Origin: an uncultured Cellulomonas sp.
GTDB lineage: Bacteria > Actinomycetota > Actinomycetes > Actinomycetales > Cellulomonadaceae
DNA length: 64,000 bases
NCBI RefSeq assembly: GCF_963527515.1
Contig: NZ_CAURTV010000007.1
Coordinates: 10,910-74,909, forward strand
Direction: 5' to 3'
Shown here in pieces: positions 49,945-59,069 of this stretch. Both the position numbers and the translations under genes were made by a program. The notes under the pieces are model-generated. The model did no database searches, was not told the DNA's origin, and saw only the letters and a list, made by a program, of their open reading frames with translations. How positions within the stretch are numbered: the first letter of the stretch is position 1; every line of letters begins with the position of its first letter.

Positions 49945-51618
49945 CTATGCGGGCTCCGCGCGCCGGTCCAGAGGGTCGAGGACGTCCGCGTCGTCCCCCG
50001 GGCGGGCGGGCGGATGGAGCTCGGACGGTGCCGGACCGCGCCCCCGCATCAGGACCTCCGCCGCGTGGTCGGCGAGGGCGAAGCCAGCCGAGCCGTACAG
50101 GTGGAACACGGCGTCCGCGCCGTGCCGCTGCAGCTCGGCCACGTCGTCGTCGTACCGCGCGACGGCCGCGACCTTGCCCGTGAAGCCCGCCGCCTGGAGC
50201 CGGGTCAGGGCGATGAGGTTGGCGTTGTGGAAGGGCATCGCCAGGACCGCCACCTCCACCCGCCCGGCGCGCTGCACCCGGGCCCAGAACTCCAGGTCGG
50301 TCGCGTCTGCGCGGACCACCTCGAAGCCCTCGTCCTCGAGGGCGGCGACGCGGGTGCGGTCGTGCTCCACGCCGACGACGGCCAGCCCGTACTCGTCTCG
50401 CAGCCGCGCGTACGTCGCCGCGCCGACACGGCCGAGACCGAGGACCACGGCGTCCGCCTCGCCGATGTCGACCAAACGGTCGTCCGGGTGCAGCCGGTCG
50501 CTGTCGCGCGAGGGAAGCAGGCGGGACAGCCGTGAGGCCAGCTCGACGCCGCGACGGTTGACGATGGCCGACAGCCCGAAGCTGAACGCGACGGCGAGCG
50601 AGACGACCACCACCCACTGGTCGTCGAGCAGCCCGATGCTCGCCCCGACGGCCACGACGATGATCCCGAACTCCGAGAAGTTGGACAGGACCAGCCCGGC
50701 CAGGAACGAGGTGCGCCGGCGCAGCCGCATGAGCCACAGGACGAGCGCGTACGCCGCGACCTGGAACGGCAGGAGCAGCAGGAGCAGCAGCGCCAGGCCG
50801 ATCTCGAGCAGGTGCGGCGTGCCGTGCAGACCGATCTGCACGAAGAACGCCACCAGCATGAGGTCCTTGAACGTCATGAGGGACCGCGACAGCTCCCCCG
50901 CCTGCGGGTGCGAGGACAGCAGCACCCCGACGACGAGGGCCCCGACGTCGCCGTCGATGCCGACGAGCTCGAACAGCCCGAAACCCAGGACCACGGCGAC
51001 GCTCACCCCGAACAGCGCCTGCAGCTCACCGTGGCCGACGCGGTCCCAGACGCGGTGCAGGAACCAGGCACCCGGGATGAGCCCGAAGAGCAGCAGGGCC
51101 CACGGGCTCGGGGGTTCGCCGCTGGACATCGACAGGAAGACGACGGCGGCCACGTCCTGCATGACCAGCACACCCACGGCGATGCGTCCGTACAGGGACG
51201 TGGTGTCGGACCGGTCGTCGAGGACCTTGACGACGAACACGGTCGAGGAGAACGACAGCGCGAACCCCACCAGGGCCAGGGCGCCGAACGACTCGTCGGC
51301 GACGTAGCCGAAGCCGATCACCGCGAGCAGGCCGAGGAAACCGAGCGCCATCGCGATGCTCACCGCCATGTGCACGACGCTGGTCAGCCAGATCTCCCGA
51401 CGCAGCAGGGTGCGGACGTCCAGCTTGAGACCGATGGCGAACAGCAGGAGGACGACGCCGAGGTCCGCGACGGGCTCGAGGTACGGGAGCGCCGGCGCGC
51501 CACCGGCCCCGAGCGCGAATCCTGCGGCGAGAAAGCCGACGAGCGGGGGCAGGCGCAGCAGCACCGCGACGAGTCCGCCGAGCAGCGCGGCGCCGAGGTA
51601 GAGGGCTGCTGCTGCCAT
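49945..51618 (-). CDS. CPA2 (Kef-type) cation:proton antiporter with TrkA_N domain
   Basis: LPPLVGFL, SFSST..V.K, GVLVMQD, SEFG, then GLGRVG Rossmann domain. Confidence 0.92.
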   Translation of the reverse strand: MAAAALYLGAALLGGLVAVLLRLPPLVGFLAAGFALGAGGAPALPYLEPVADLGVVLLLFAIGLKLDVRTLLRREIWLTSVVHMAVSIAMALGFLGLLAVIGFGYVADESFGALALVGFALSFSSTVFVVKVLDDRSDTTSLYGRIAVGVLVMQDVAAVVFLSMSSGEPPSPWALLLFGLIPGAWFLHRVWDRVGHGELQALFGVSVAVVLGFGLFELVGIDGDVGALVVGVLLSSHPQAGELSRSLMTFKDLMLVAFFVQIGLHGTPHLLEIGLALLLLLLLPFQVAAYALVLWLMRLRRRTSFLAGLVLSNFSEFGIIVVAVGASIGLLDDQWVVVVSLAVAFSFGLSAIVNRRGVELASRLSRLLPSRDSDRLHPDDRLVDIGEADAVVLGLGRVGAATYARLRDEYGLAVVGVEHDRTRVAALEDEGFEVVRADATDLEFWARVQRAGRVEVAVLAMPFHNANLIALTRLQAAGFTGKVAAVARYDDDVAELQRHGADAVFHLYGSAGFALADHAAEVLMRGRGPAPSELHPPARPGDDADVLDPLDRRAEPA

Positions 51619-51759
51619 GGCGTGCCTCTCGCGTCGGCGTCGAGCCGTGAGGTACCCATCTTGCCTGGTCGGCGGAGCAGCCCTCGTGCCGACCGCGGTC
51701 GGTCAGGGTCGTGCACTCCCGCCGAACCCGTCCTAGCCTGGGTGCCGAGGTGATCGACG

Positions 51760-51942
51760 ATGCACGCTGAGGTGGGAGACAAGGTCGTCATCCACGGCCG
51801 GACGGTCGGGACGCCCGACCGGCACGGGACCGTGGTCGAGGCCCGCGGGACCGACGGTCCGTACGTCGTACGGTTCGACGACGGGCACGAGACGCTCGTG
51901 TTCCCGGGACCTGACCTGACGGTGGTGCCGGCCGCGTCCTGA
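51760..51942 (+). CDS. DUF1918 protein
   Basis: MHAEVGD.V.IHG..VG..DR.G..VE.RG.DGPY.VRF.DGHE.LVFPGPD. Confidence 0.88.
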   Translation: MHAEVGDKVVIHGRTVGTPDRHGTVVEARGTDGPYVVRFDDGHETLVFPGPDLTVVPAAS

Positions 51943-52032
51943 GGCCCGGCGGCGCCCGTGCACGACGGGCGGCTCCGTGTGATCCTGGCCTGGAGGCTGG
52001 AGAAGACGGGCCCGCACGTCTCGTCCGAGCGG

Positions 52033-52431
52033 ATGCCCCCCGTGATCACCGACGTCGTCAGCCGTACCGACTGCCCCGACCGCCCAGCCGCCGTGTGGGA
52101 CGCGCTGCTGCGCGCCGCCCGCTTCGACCCGGACACCCGGACCTGCCGGCTGGAGCACGCCGACCTGGTGGTGAGGTCCCTGTCCCCCGGCGTCGGCCTG
52201 CGCGGGTCGGCCCGCTGGGGTGACGTCACCTACCGCGTCACGGTGTACCTGGTCCCGCACCGCTCAGGGACCCGTCTGCTGGTGCTGGCGACCGTCGACC
52301 TGCGCGCGACGACCGCACGGCTCGGCCAGCGTCGGTCCTCGCGGCGGCTCGTCGGACGCGACCTGCGCGAGTGGATGCAGGCCACCCGGGTCGAGAGCGA
52401 GGGCCGCGCCGACCTGGGGCGGACCGCGTGA
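52033..52431 (+). CDS. Hypothetical protein (possibly SRPBCC-like; start uncertain)
   Basis: Open frame coupled to the next gene by a GTGA overlap; P.AVWDAL motif. Confidence 0.5.
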   Translation: MPPVITDVVSRTDCPDRPAAVWDALLRAARFDPDTRTCRLEHADLVVRSLSPGVGLRGSARWGDVTYRVTVYLVPHRSGTRLLVLATVDLRATTARLGQRRSSRRLVGRDLREWMQATRVESEGRADLGRTA

Positions 52432-53405
52432 CCTCGCGCGCTGACCCGACGGTCCGGGCCGAGTACGTCCTGCCCCTGCGCTGGGTGGACGACGACGAGC
52501 TCGAGGACCTGACCGCCTACCTCGAGATGCTCGCCTCGCAGCTGCCGGTGACGGTCGTCGACGGGTCGCCCGAGCCGCTGTTCGCCGCTCACGCGCGCCG
52601 TTGGCAGTCGTCGGTGCGTCATGTCCGACCGGGGAGGTGGCCCGGTCGCAACCGCAAGGTGGCCGGCGTCATGACCGGCGTGCTGCTGGCCGACGCCGAC
52701 GCGGTGGTCGTCGCGGACGATGACGTCCGCTGGGAGGTCGACCAGCTACGGTCGGCGGTCGCGCTGCTCGAGTGCGGGGACGTCGTCCGGGTGCAGAACG
52801 TGTTCGACCCGCTGCCGTGGCACGCCCGCTGGGACACGGCCCGCAGCCTGGTCAACCGCGGTGTGTCCGCGGACTACCCCGGGACGCTCGTCGTGCGCCG
52901 GTCGACGCTCCTGCGCGCGGGCGGGTACGACGGTGACGTGCTGTTCGAGAACCTCGAGCTGCTCAGGACGGTCCGGGCCGGCGGTGGCACCGAGGTCCTG
53001 GCGGACCACGTCTGCGTGCGCCGTCGGCCGCCGACGACCGCGCGGTTCTGGGGCCAGCGCGTGCGTCAGGCCTACGACAGCTTCGCCCAGCCGCTGCGCC
53101 TGCTGACGGAGGCCGCCGTCCTGCCCCTGCTGCTCTGGTCGACCGCGCACCGCCGCCCGGGGCCCGTGCTCGGCGCCTCCGCGGGCGTGACCCTGCTGGC
53201 GTGGGCCGGACGCCGTCGCCACGGAGGTCGCGCCGCCTTCCCGGCCTCCACCGTGGCCTGGGCTCCTGTGTGGATGCTCGAGCGTGGCGTGTGCACGTGG
53301 CTGGCGATCGCCCTGCGGCTCACGGGCGGGGTCCCGTACCGCCACCGGCGCATCGTGCGTGCCGCGTCGAGCGTCAGGGCGCTGCGTCGGCGGGCCAGCC
53401 TGTGA
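52428..53405 (+). CDS. Glycosyltransferase family 2 protein
   Basis: VTVVDGS, K..G...G, VADDD, ENLEL, QRVRQAYD, C-terminal TM helices. Confidence 0.82.
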   Translation: MTSRADPTVRAEYVLPLRWVDDDELEDLTAYLEMLASQLPVTVVDGSPEPLFAAHARRWQSSVRHVRPGRWPGRNRKVAGVMTGVLLADADAVVVADDDVRWEVDQLRSAVALLECGDVVRVQNVFDPLPWHARWDTARSLVNRGVSADYPGTLVVRRSTLLRAGGYDGDVLFENLELLRTVRAGGGTEVLADHVCVRRRPPTTARFWGQRVRQAYDSFAQPLRLLTEAAVLPLLLWSTAHRRPGPVLGASAGVTLLAWAGRRRHGGRAAFPASTVAWAPVWMLERGVCTWLAIALRLTGGVPYRHRRIVRAASSVRALRRRASL

Positions 53406-53603
53406 GGGCGCGGCGCCTCCTCGCCGCGGTCGCCGCCCTGTGGCGCTCGCAGAGCGTGCGTGCACTGCGCTGGCACCGCCGCGGGTGAGCGGGCCCGGCC
53501 CGCTCGCGCGGCCCCTGGGTGCGGGCACGCGCCGCGCCTGCGATGCTCGGGGCAGCCGGAGGAGACCGCCGCGGCGTGCCCGCACGACTGGAGACTGCGA
53601 CCG

Positions 53604-54392
53604 ATGGACGAGACGGCTCCGGTCGTCGACCGCGACCTGGTCCGGGTGCACACGCAGACGTGCACGGGAGTCGAGGGCGGAGCGCCGGAGTACGTGCTGG
53701 TCCACGGGATCGGGGCCTCGCACCGCTACCTGCGGCGCCTGCAGCACGCGCTCGCCGGCACCGGCACCGCGCACGCGGTGGACCTGCCCGGCTTCGGCGG
53801 CCTGCCGCGCCCCAGCGGGCCCCGGTCCATCGGGGACCTGGCCGACGCCCTCGGCCGACGCCTGGACTCCCTGGCCATCGGACCCGCCACCCTCGTGGGT
53901 CACTCGATGGGCGCCCAGGTGGTCGTCGAGCTGGCGCTCCGGCGACCGGCCCTCGTCTCGCACCTCGTCCTGCTCGGGCCCGTCACCGACCCGGAGCGGG
54001 CCACGGTCCCCCGCCAGGCGCGGGACCTGTTCCGCGACATGCTCCGGGAGCCACCGTCGGCGAACGCGCTCGTCCTCGCCGACTACCTGCGGTGCGGGCC
54101 CCGGTGGTACCTGACCGAGCTGCCGGCGATGTTCCGGTATCCCACGCTCGAGTCCGTCGGCCGCGTGCGCTGTCCGGTCCTCGTCGTGCGCGGGGTCGAC
54201 GACCCTGTCGCGCGGCACCGGTGGGCTGCCCGGCTCGCTCGGGCTGCGGTCGACGGGCACCTCCTCGAGGTCGCAGGCGCGCGCCACGTCGTGCAGCAGC
54301 GCCGGGCGCTGGAGACCGCCGCGGCGATCACGCGGTTCGCGGCTGCCGGGGCGCCCACGCTCGCGCAGCCACCCAGCACCACGACCCCCTGA
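53604..54392 (+). CDS. Alpha/beta fold hydrolase
   Basis: VLVHGIG, DLPGFG, GHSMG, RG.DDP, GARH. Confidence 0.9.
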   Translation: MDETAPVVDRDLVRVHTQTCTGVEGGAPEYVLVHGIGASHRYLRRLQHALAGTGTAHAVDLPGFGGLPRPSGPRSIGDLADALGRRLDSLAIGPATLVGHSMGAQVVVELALRRPALVSHLVLLGPVTDPERATVPRQARDLFRDMLREPPSANALVLADYLRCGPRWYLTELPAMFRYPTLESVGRVRCPVLVVRGVDDPVARHRWAARLARAAVDGHLLEVAGARHVVQQRRALETAAAITRFAAAGAPTLAQPPSTTTP

Positions 54393-54487
54393 CCTCCCAC
54401 GGTCCGCGCGCGCGGCGCGGTCGCGGGGCTTACGGTCGACAGTGCGCGAGGCAGGCGGCGCACCGGAGCTCCCCACCGGAGGTCACC

Positions 54488-55270
54488 ATGCCCGCCAGCA
54501 CGTCCCGCCCGTTCGCCGTCGTCACCGGAGCCTCCAGCGGGATCGGCCTCGCGCTCGCGGTGACCTTCGCCGAGCACGGGTTCGACGTCCTCGCCACGGC
54601 CGAGGACGAGAACGTCAGCACGGTCGCCGCGGAGCTCGGCCGCTCGGCAGTGGCCGTGCGGGCCGACCTGACCACCGCCAACGGCGTCCAGACGCTCGTC
54701 GACGCCGTCCGCGCCACAGGCCGGCCCGTCGACGCGCTCGCGCTCAACGCCGGCGTCGGCCAGGGCGGCCCGTTCGTCGAGACCCCGCTCGAGGGGGACC
54801 TGGAGGTGATCGCGCTCGACGTGGTCGCGCCGGTCCGGCTGGCGAAGGCGCTCGTGCCGGCCATGGTCGCGCGCGGCGAAGGGCGGGTGCTCTTCACGGC
54901 GTCGACCGCGAGCCTGATGCCCGGCCCGTACTACGCCACCTATGCGGCCTCCAAGTCGTTCGTCCTGTCCTTCAGCGAGGCCCTGCGCCACGAGCTCAAG
55001 GACACCGGCGTCAGCGTGACGGCCCTCCTGCCCGGGCCGACCGACACGGCGTTCTTCGAGCGCGCGGACATGACGAAGACGAGAGTGGGCCGTGGGCCCA
55101 AGGACGACCCGGCCAAGGTGGCCGCCGAGGCGTTCGACGCCCTGATGGCGGGGCGGGACAAGGTCGAGGTGCACTCGCTGAAGGTCCGCGCGCAGACCGC
55201 CGCCGCCGCGGTGCTCCCCGACCGCGCCAAGGCGGCGATGCACGCAGGGTTCACGAAGCCGACCGAGTGA
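54488..55270 (+). CDS. SDR family oxidoreductase
   Basis: TGASSGIG, NAG, YAASK, PGPTDT; GGAGG SD. Confidence 0.94.
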   Translation: MPASTSRPFAVVTGASSGIGLALAVTFAEHGFDVLATAEDENVSTVAAELGRSAVAVRADLTTANGVQTLVDAVRATGRPVDALALNAGVGQGGPFVETPLEGDLEVIALDVVAPVRLAKALVPAMVARGEGRVLFTASTASLMPGPYYATYAASKSFVLSFSEALRHELKDTGVSVTALLPGPTDTAFFERADMTKTRVGRGPKDDPAKVAAEAFDALMAGRDKVEVHSLKVRAQTAAAAVLPDRAKAAMHAGFTKPTE

Positions 55271-55775
55271 GCGCGGCCCGGAGGAGCTCGCGGCGTCCGG
55301 CCGTGTGCAGGGCCCAGCCGCCGGCGAGCAGGAGGGCGCCGAACGCGAGGAAACCGAGGTCCCACGACAGCGGTCCGCCGAGGTCGTCGCGCACGTGGTG
55401 CAGACCGAGCACGTGGTGGTCGACGACGCCCTCGACGAGGTTGAAGACTCCCCACCCGGCGAGCATGAGCCCGATCTGGAACCGCCACGTCGGAGCGAGC
55501 CGACCCTGTCGCCAGGCCGCGATCGTGGCCACGAGGCCGACTACGACGAACACCCAGGTGGCGCTGTGGAACAGTCCGTCGGCGAACGTGTTGGTCCGCA
55601 GCCCCTCGAGCGTGGTCATGGGATGGTCCACGGTGTCGCTGACCATGTGGTGCCACTGCAGCAGCTGGTGGATGACGATGCCGTCGACGAACCCTGCGAG
55701 ACCGAGCCCGAGGAGCAGGCCCGGCAGGACCGTGGGCGGCGATCCCTGCTGACCGACACGACGCTGGATCGTCAT
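55251..55775 (-). CDS. DUF2243 membrane protein
   Basis: GFVDGIVIHQLLQWHHM, ADGLFH, FNLVEG..DHH.LGLHHVR. Confidence 0.9.
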   Translation of the reverse strand: MTIQRRVGQQGSPPTVLPGLLLGLGLAGFVDGIVIHQLLQWHHMVSDTVDHPMTTLEGLRTNTFADGLFHSATWVFVVVGLVATIAAWRQGRLAPTWRFQIGLMLAGWGVFNLVEGVVDHHVLGLHHVRDDLGGPLSWDLGFLAFGALLLAGGWALHTAGRRELLRAALTRSAS

Positions 55776-56019
55776 CGACGTCCTCCTCGCACGTCGCACC
55801 GAGGCTCGACGGGGCTCCGCACCTGAACCCCGACCTCCCGGCCGCGCTCCGCCAGGCTAGGTCCCGGCGCGGGGCGTCGCGACCCGCGCAGCAGCCGGCG
55901 AGATGCGGGACGCGCCGGGCCGCCTACGATCGAGAGAGCCGGTCGACGCGACACGTCGGACCGCACCTGCAGGCGCAGCCACCGCCGTGCACCCTGGAGG
56001 ACCCACGGGAGGTGGGCTG

Positions 56020-56769
56020 ATGGGCGACGGTCTCACCGTGCTCGCCCGGCTCGCACGCGTCATCGCTGTGACGCCCGCCGACGACCCGCTCCCGGTCCGG
56101 CTGTGCCGCGCCTGCGTCGAGGTCCTGGGTGCCGACGGGGGTGCGCTCACGCTGGCGTCCACGACCAACCAGCGCCTCACCCTGAGCACCTCCAACGGCG
56201 TCTCCGCGCAGATCGAGGACCTGCAGGACGTGCTCGGCGAGGGCCCGGGCCAGGATGCCTACCGCGACGGGCGCACGGTGATCACCCAGGTCGACGGCTT
56301 CAGCGACGACGCGTTCCCCGTGTTCTCCGAGATGGCCGGGGACCTGACCGGCCCGCTGACCGTCTGGGCCATCCCGATGCACCCGGGCGGCGCGACCATC
56401 GGCGTGATCACCGTCTACCGGAGGACCGGGCAGCTGTCCTGCAGCCTGGAGGACGCCCAGCTCCTCGCCGACTCCGTCGGAGCGGCTCTGCTGGACGACC
56501 CCAGCGCCCACGGCCTCGCCCCGTTCTCCGGGTGGTCGGACCGGGCCCGGGTCCACCAGGCGACCGGGATGGTGGTGGCCCAGCTCGGCATCGGCGCCGA
56601 GGACGCGCTGGCGATCCTGCGGGCGCACGCGTTCGCGCGGTCGACCACGATGAGCCTCATCGCCGTCGAGGTGATCGAGCGACGCCTGGGCTTCACCCGG
56701 ACCGACTCGACGAGCGGGACGAGCTCCATCGACACGCCGGACGACTGCACGACGAAGGAGGAGCCATGA
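56020..56769 (+). CDS. GAF + ANTAR domain protein
   Basis: EDLQ..LGEGP..DAY (GAF) and VHQATGMV..QL....EDAL..LRAHAF (ANTAR). Confidence 0.9.
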   Translation: MGDGLTVLARLARVIAVTPADDPLPVRLCRACVEVLGADGGALTLASTTNQRLTLSTSNGVSAQIEDLQDVLGEGPGQDAYRDGRTVITQVDGFSDDAFPVFSEMAGDLTGPLTVWAIPMHPGGATIGVITVYRRTGQLSCSLEDAQLLADSVGAALLDDPSAHGLAPFSGWSDRARVHQATGMVVAQLGIGAEDALAILRAHAFARSTTMSLIAVEVIERRLGFTRTDSTSGTSSIDTPDDCTTKEEP

Positions 56770-57491
56770 GCGAGCGCACCCCCGAGCGGGCACTGGCCCA
56801 CCTGCTCGGTACCCTGGTGCGGGACCACGACGACGCCGACCTGTTCGCCGACCTGGTGCGCGACTGCGCCGCGCTGCTGCCCGCCGACGCCGCCGCCGTG
56901 CTCGTGCGGGACAGCCACCACGGCCTGGAGCTGCTCAGCTCGACCTCGCACCGCGCGACCGAGCTGGAGCTCTACCAGGCACAGGTCGGCGCCGGTCCGT
57001 GCGCGGAGGCCGCGCGCACCGGTGAGGCCGTCAGCGCCGTCGGCGCGGCGGACATCACCGCCCGCTGGCCCGACGTGGGACGCGCGATCGTCGACGCGGG
57101 GTTCCTGTCCGTCCACGCGTTCCCGATGGTCTGGCACGGGCGGCCGCTGGGTGGTCTCAACGTGTTCTCGAACCGGCCGGAGCCGATGACGCCTGCGTCG
57201 CTGGTCCTCGCGCAGAACTTCGCCGACGTCGCCGCGCTCAGCCTCGTGCAGCCGCTCGTGCTCAGTGACGCCGACCTGTCCGAACGCGTCGGGGCTGCCC
57301 TGCGGGGCAGGATCGTCGTGGAGCAGGCCAAGGGTGTCCTGGCCGAGACGCTGGGCGTCGACATGGGGACGGCCTACGACGACCTCGTGCACCGGGCGCT
57401 CGAGAACGGCTCGACACTCAGCGAGACCGCCCGCGCCGTGGTCCGCGACGCTCACCTGCGGCGCAGCACCACCGGCACGAACGAGGCGTGA
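56766..57491 (+). CDS. GAF + ANTAR domain protein
   Basis: LELYQ....GPC, GGLNVF (GAF) and AL.GRIVVEQAKGVLA (ANTAR); ATGA overlap. Confidence 0.9.
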   Translation: MSERTPERALAHLLGTLVRDHDDADLFADLVRDCAALLPADAAAVLVRDSHHGLELLSSTSHRATELELYQAQVGAGPCAEAARTGEAVSAVGAADITARWPDVGRAIVDAGFLSVHAFPMVWHGRPLGGLNVFSNRPEPMTPASLVLAQNFADVAALSLVQPLVLSDADLSERVGAALRGRIVVEQAKGVLAETLGVDMGTAYDDLVHRALENGSTLSETARAVVRDAHLRRSTTGTNEA

Positions 57492-57507
57492 CCGCCACAG
57501 CTGCCGG

Positions 57508-58494
57508 TCACCAGCCCCTACCGCTGGTGGCCGACGCCCGCGTCGGCCCGTCCGCCTCCGGACGCTCCTCCTCGGGCACCGTCCAGGCGTCATCGTCGTG
57601 GGCGCCCACGACGATGCGCATCGAGATGCCCCGGGCCTCGCCGTGCCGCCGGGCTCCCGTCACGACGGACCGGGTGACGCTCCCGTTCCGGTCGACGCCG
57701 GACAGGTCGACCACGACGCGCCCCCCGTCCTGACCGGCGACGAGAAGTCGGTTCAGCGCGCCGACCAGCTCGCCCATGGACAGGAGGTCGACGGTGCCGA
57801 CCACCCGCAGCGTCAGCTCGGGTGCGCCTCGGTCGAACGAGAGGTCGAGGCCGGGACGCTCTCCGTGCTGGTGCGGGATCACCGTGTCGTCGAGGACGGC
57901 CATGAACGTGTCGTCCACGCTCCGGCGGACCTGCGGACCGAAACCTCCACCCGCCTGGACCGCGGACATCAGCTTCTCGGCCACCGAGCGCAGCCGGACG
58001 TTGCGCCGCTGGGAGGCACGCCGCATCACGTCGAACGCCGCATCGCCGTCGACCCCGTAGACGGCCATCAGGAGGCCCTTGGCCTGGTCGATGACGGCGT
58101 GCGACTCGAGCGCGCGCGCGAGCTCGTGGTTGACGCCCTCGGCGACCGCGAGACGGTGTCGCTCGGTGTCGTCCACGACGACTCCCCACACCCGGGAGCT
58201 CTCGTCCTCGGGGCCAGGGGCGACGGCGACGAGCACGGTGCGCGTCGCACAGCCGAGGTCCACCAGCCGGTACTGCGTCGCCACGGGCACCCCGTCCAGC
58301 GCGCAGAGGTCGAGCTCCTGCTCCACCCGCACGCGGTCCTCCGGGTGGACGTGGCTCAAGAACAGCGCCCGGGTGGGGACCACCTCCCCGGGAGCCATGC
58401 CGTGCAGGGCGAAAAGCCCGTCGGACCAGGTCCAGCGGGACACTCCCGTGGAGAAGTTGAACGTGCCCACGGTCAGGCTCGTCGACGTGGTCAT
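57508..58494 (-). CDS. PAS + ANTAR + STAS-like domain protein
   Basis: WTWSD.LF.LHG..PGEVVPT..L.LSHVHPEDR (PAS_3); S.AVIDQAKG.LM..YG...D.AF (ANTAR); LRVVGTVDL...VVVDLSGV (STAS). Confidence 0.88.
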   Translation of the reverse strand: MTTSTSLTVGTFNFSTGVSRWTWSDGLFALHGMAPGEVVPTRALFLSHVHPEDRVRVEQELDLCALDGVPVATQYRLVDLGCATRTVLVAVAPGPEDESSRVWGVVVDDTERHRLAVAEGVNHELARALESHAVIDQAKGLLMAVYGVDGDAAFDVMRRASQRRNVRLRSVAEKLMSAVQAGGGFGPQVRRSVDDTFMAVLDDTVIPHQHGERPGLDLSFDRGAPELTLRVVGTVDLLSMGELVGALNRLLVAGQDGGRVVVDLSGVDRNGSVTRSVVTGARRHGEARGISMRIVVGAHDDDAWTVPEEERPEADGPTRASATSGRGW

Positions 58495-58837
58495 CCGGGC
58501 CTCCGACGCTCGGCACGTGGGCGGGACGCCGGTCGCGACGCGGCGAACCCAGGGCAACCCGCCAGGACGGCCCGAGGAGGCCGTCTCGTGCATGCGTGTA
58601 TACGTCCACCATAGGCCCGGACCACCACCAGAGCGGTCAACTCGGACGGATCGGGCGGATGTCCGCACCGCCGTGCTCCGCGTCCGCTCGGTAAACTCTC
58701 CCGGACCGGTACGGGTTTGACAGCGGTGGGCGGGTCGGTTTCACTGACCCGGAGCGTCGCTCTGACGCTCCTGCATCCGGCTGCCCGTGGCCAGGATGGC
58801 GCCGGCTCCCTTCCGGCGCACGACGAGAGGTCGACCG

Positions 58838-58939
58838 ATGGACGCGCGCGTGACCCGCACCCGGACTGCCGAGCCCGCTGGGCCGGCAGTCATGTGTGCT
58901 GTCCGCATGCGCTCCTGTCCGGCCTCCCGCCAGCACTGA
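58838..58939 (+). CDS. Putative leader peptide (33 aa, Met/Cys cluster) upstream of metQ
   Basis: GAGAGG SD, then MDARVTRTRTAEPAGPAVMCAVRMRSCPASRQH*. Not in the ORF track because of its size. Confidence 0.65.
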   Translation: MDARVTRTRTAEPAGPAVMCAVRMRSCPASRQH

Positions 58940-59069
58940 CCTGCTGACCGGGCCCCGCGCCCGACCGTGCCCACCGGGCACCCGCTCCCCCGCCCGCGCG
59001 ACCTCCCTGCGCCCGGCGTCCCGCACGTCCCACCGACCGTCGCCGCGACGGCCCTCCCCAGGAGCTGAG

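Noticed and set aside
58700..59069. SAM riboswitch or T-box upstream of metQ
   Set aside because: No recognisable SAM-I/IV core or T-box antiterminator motif. A leader ORF explains the region better, but a covariance search is still needed to exclude them.
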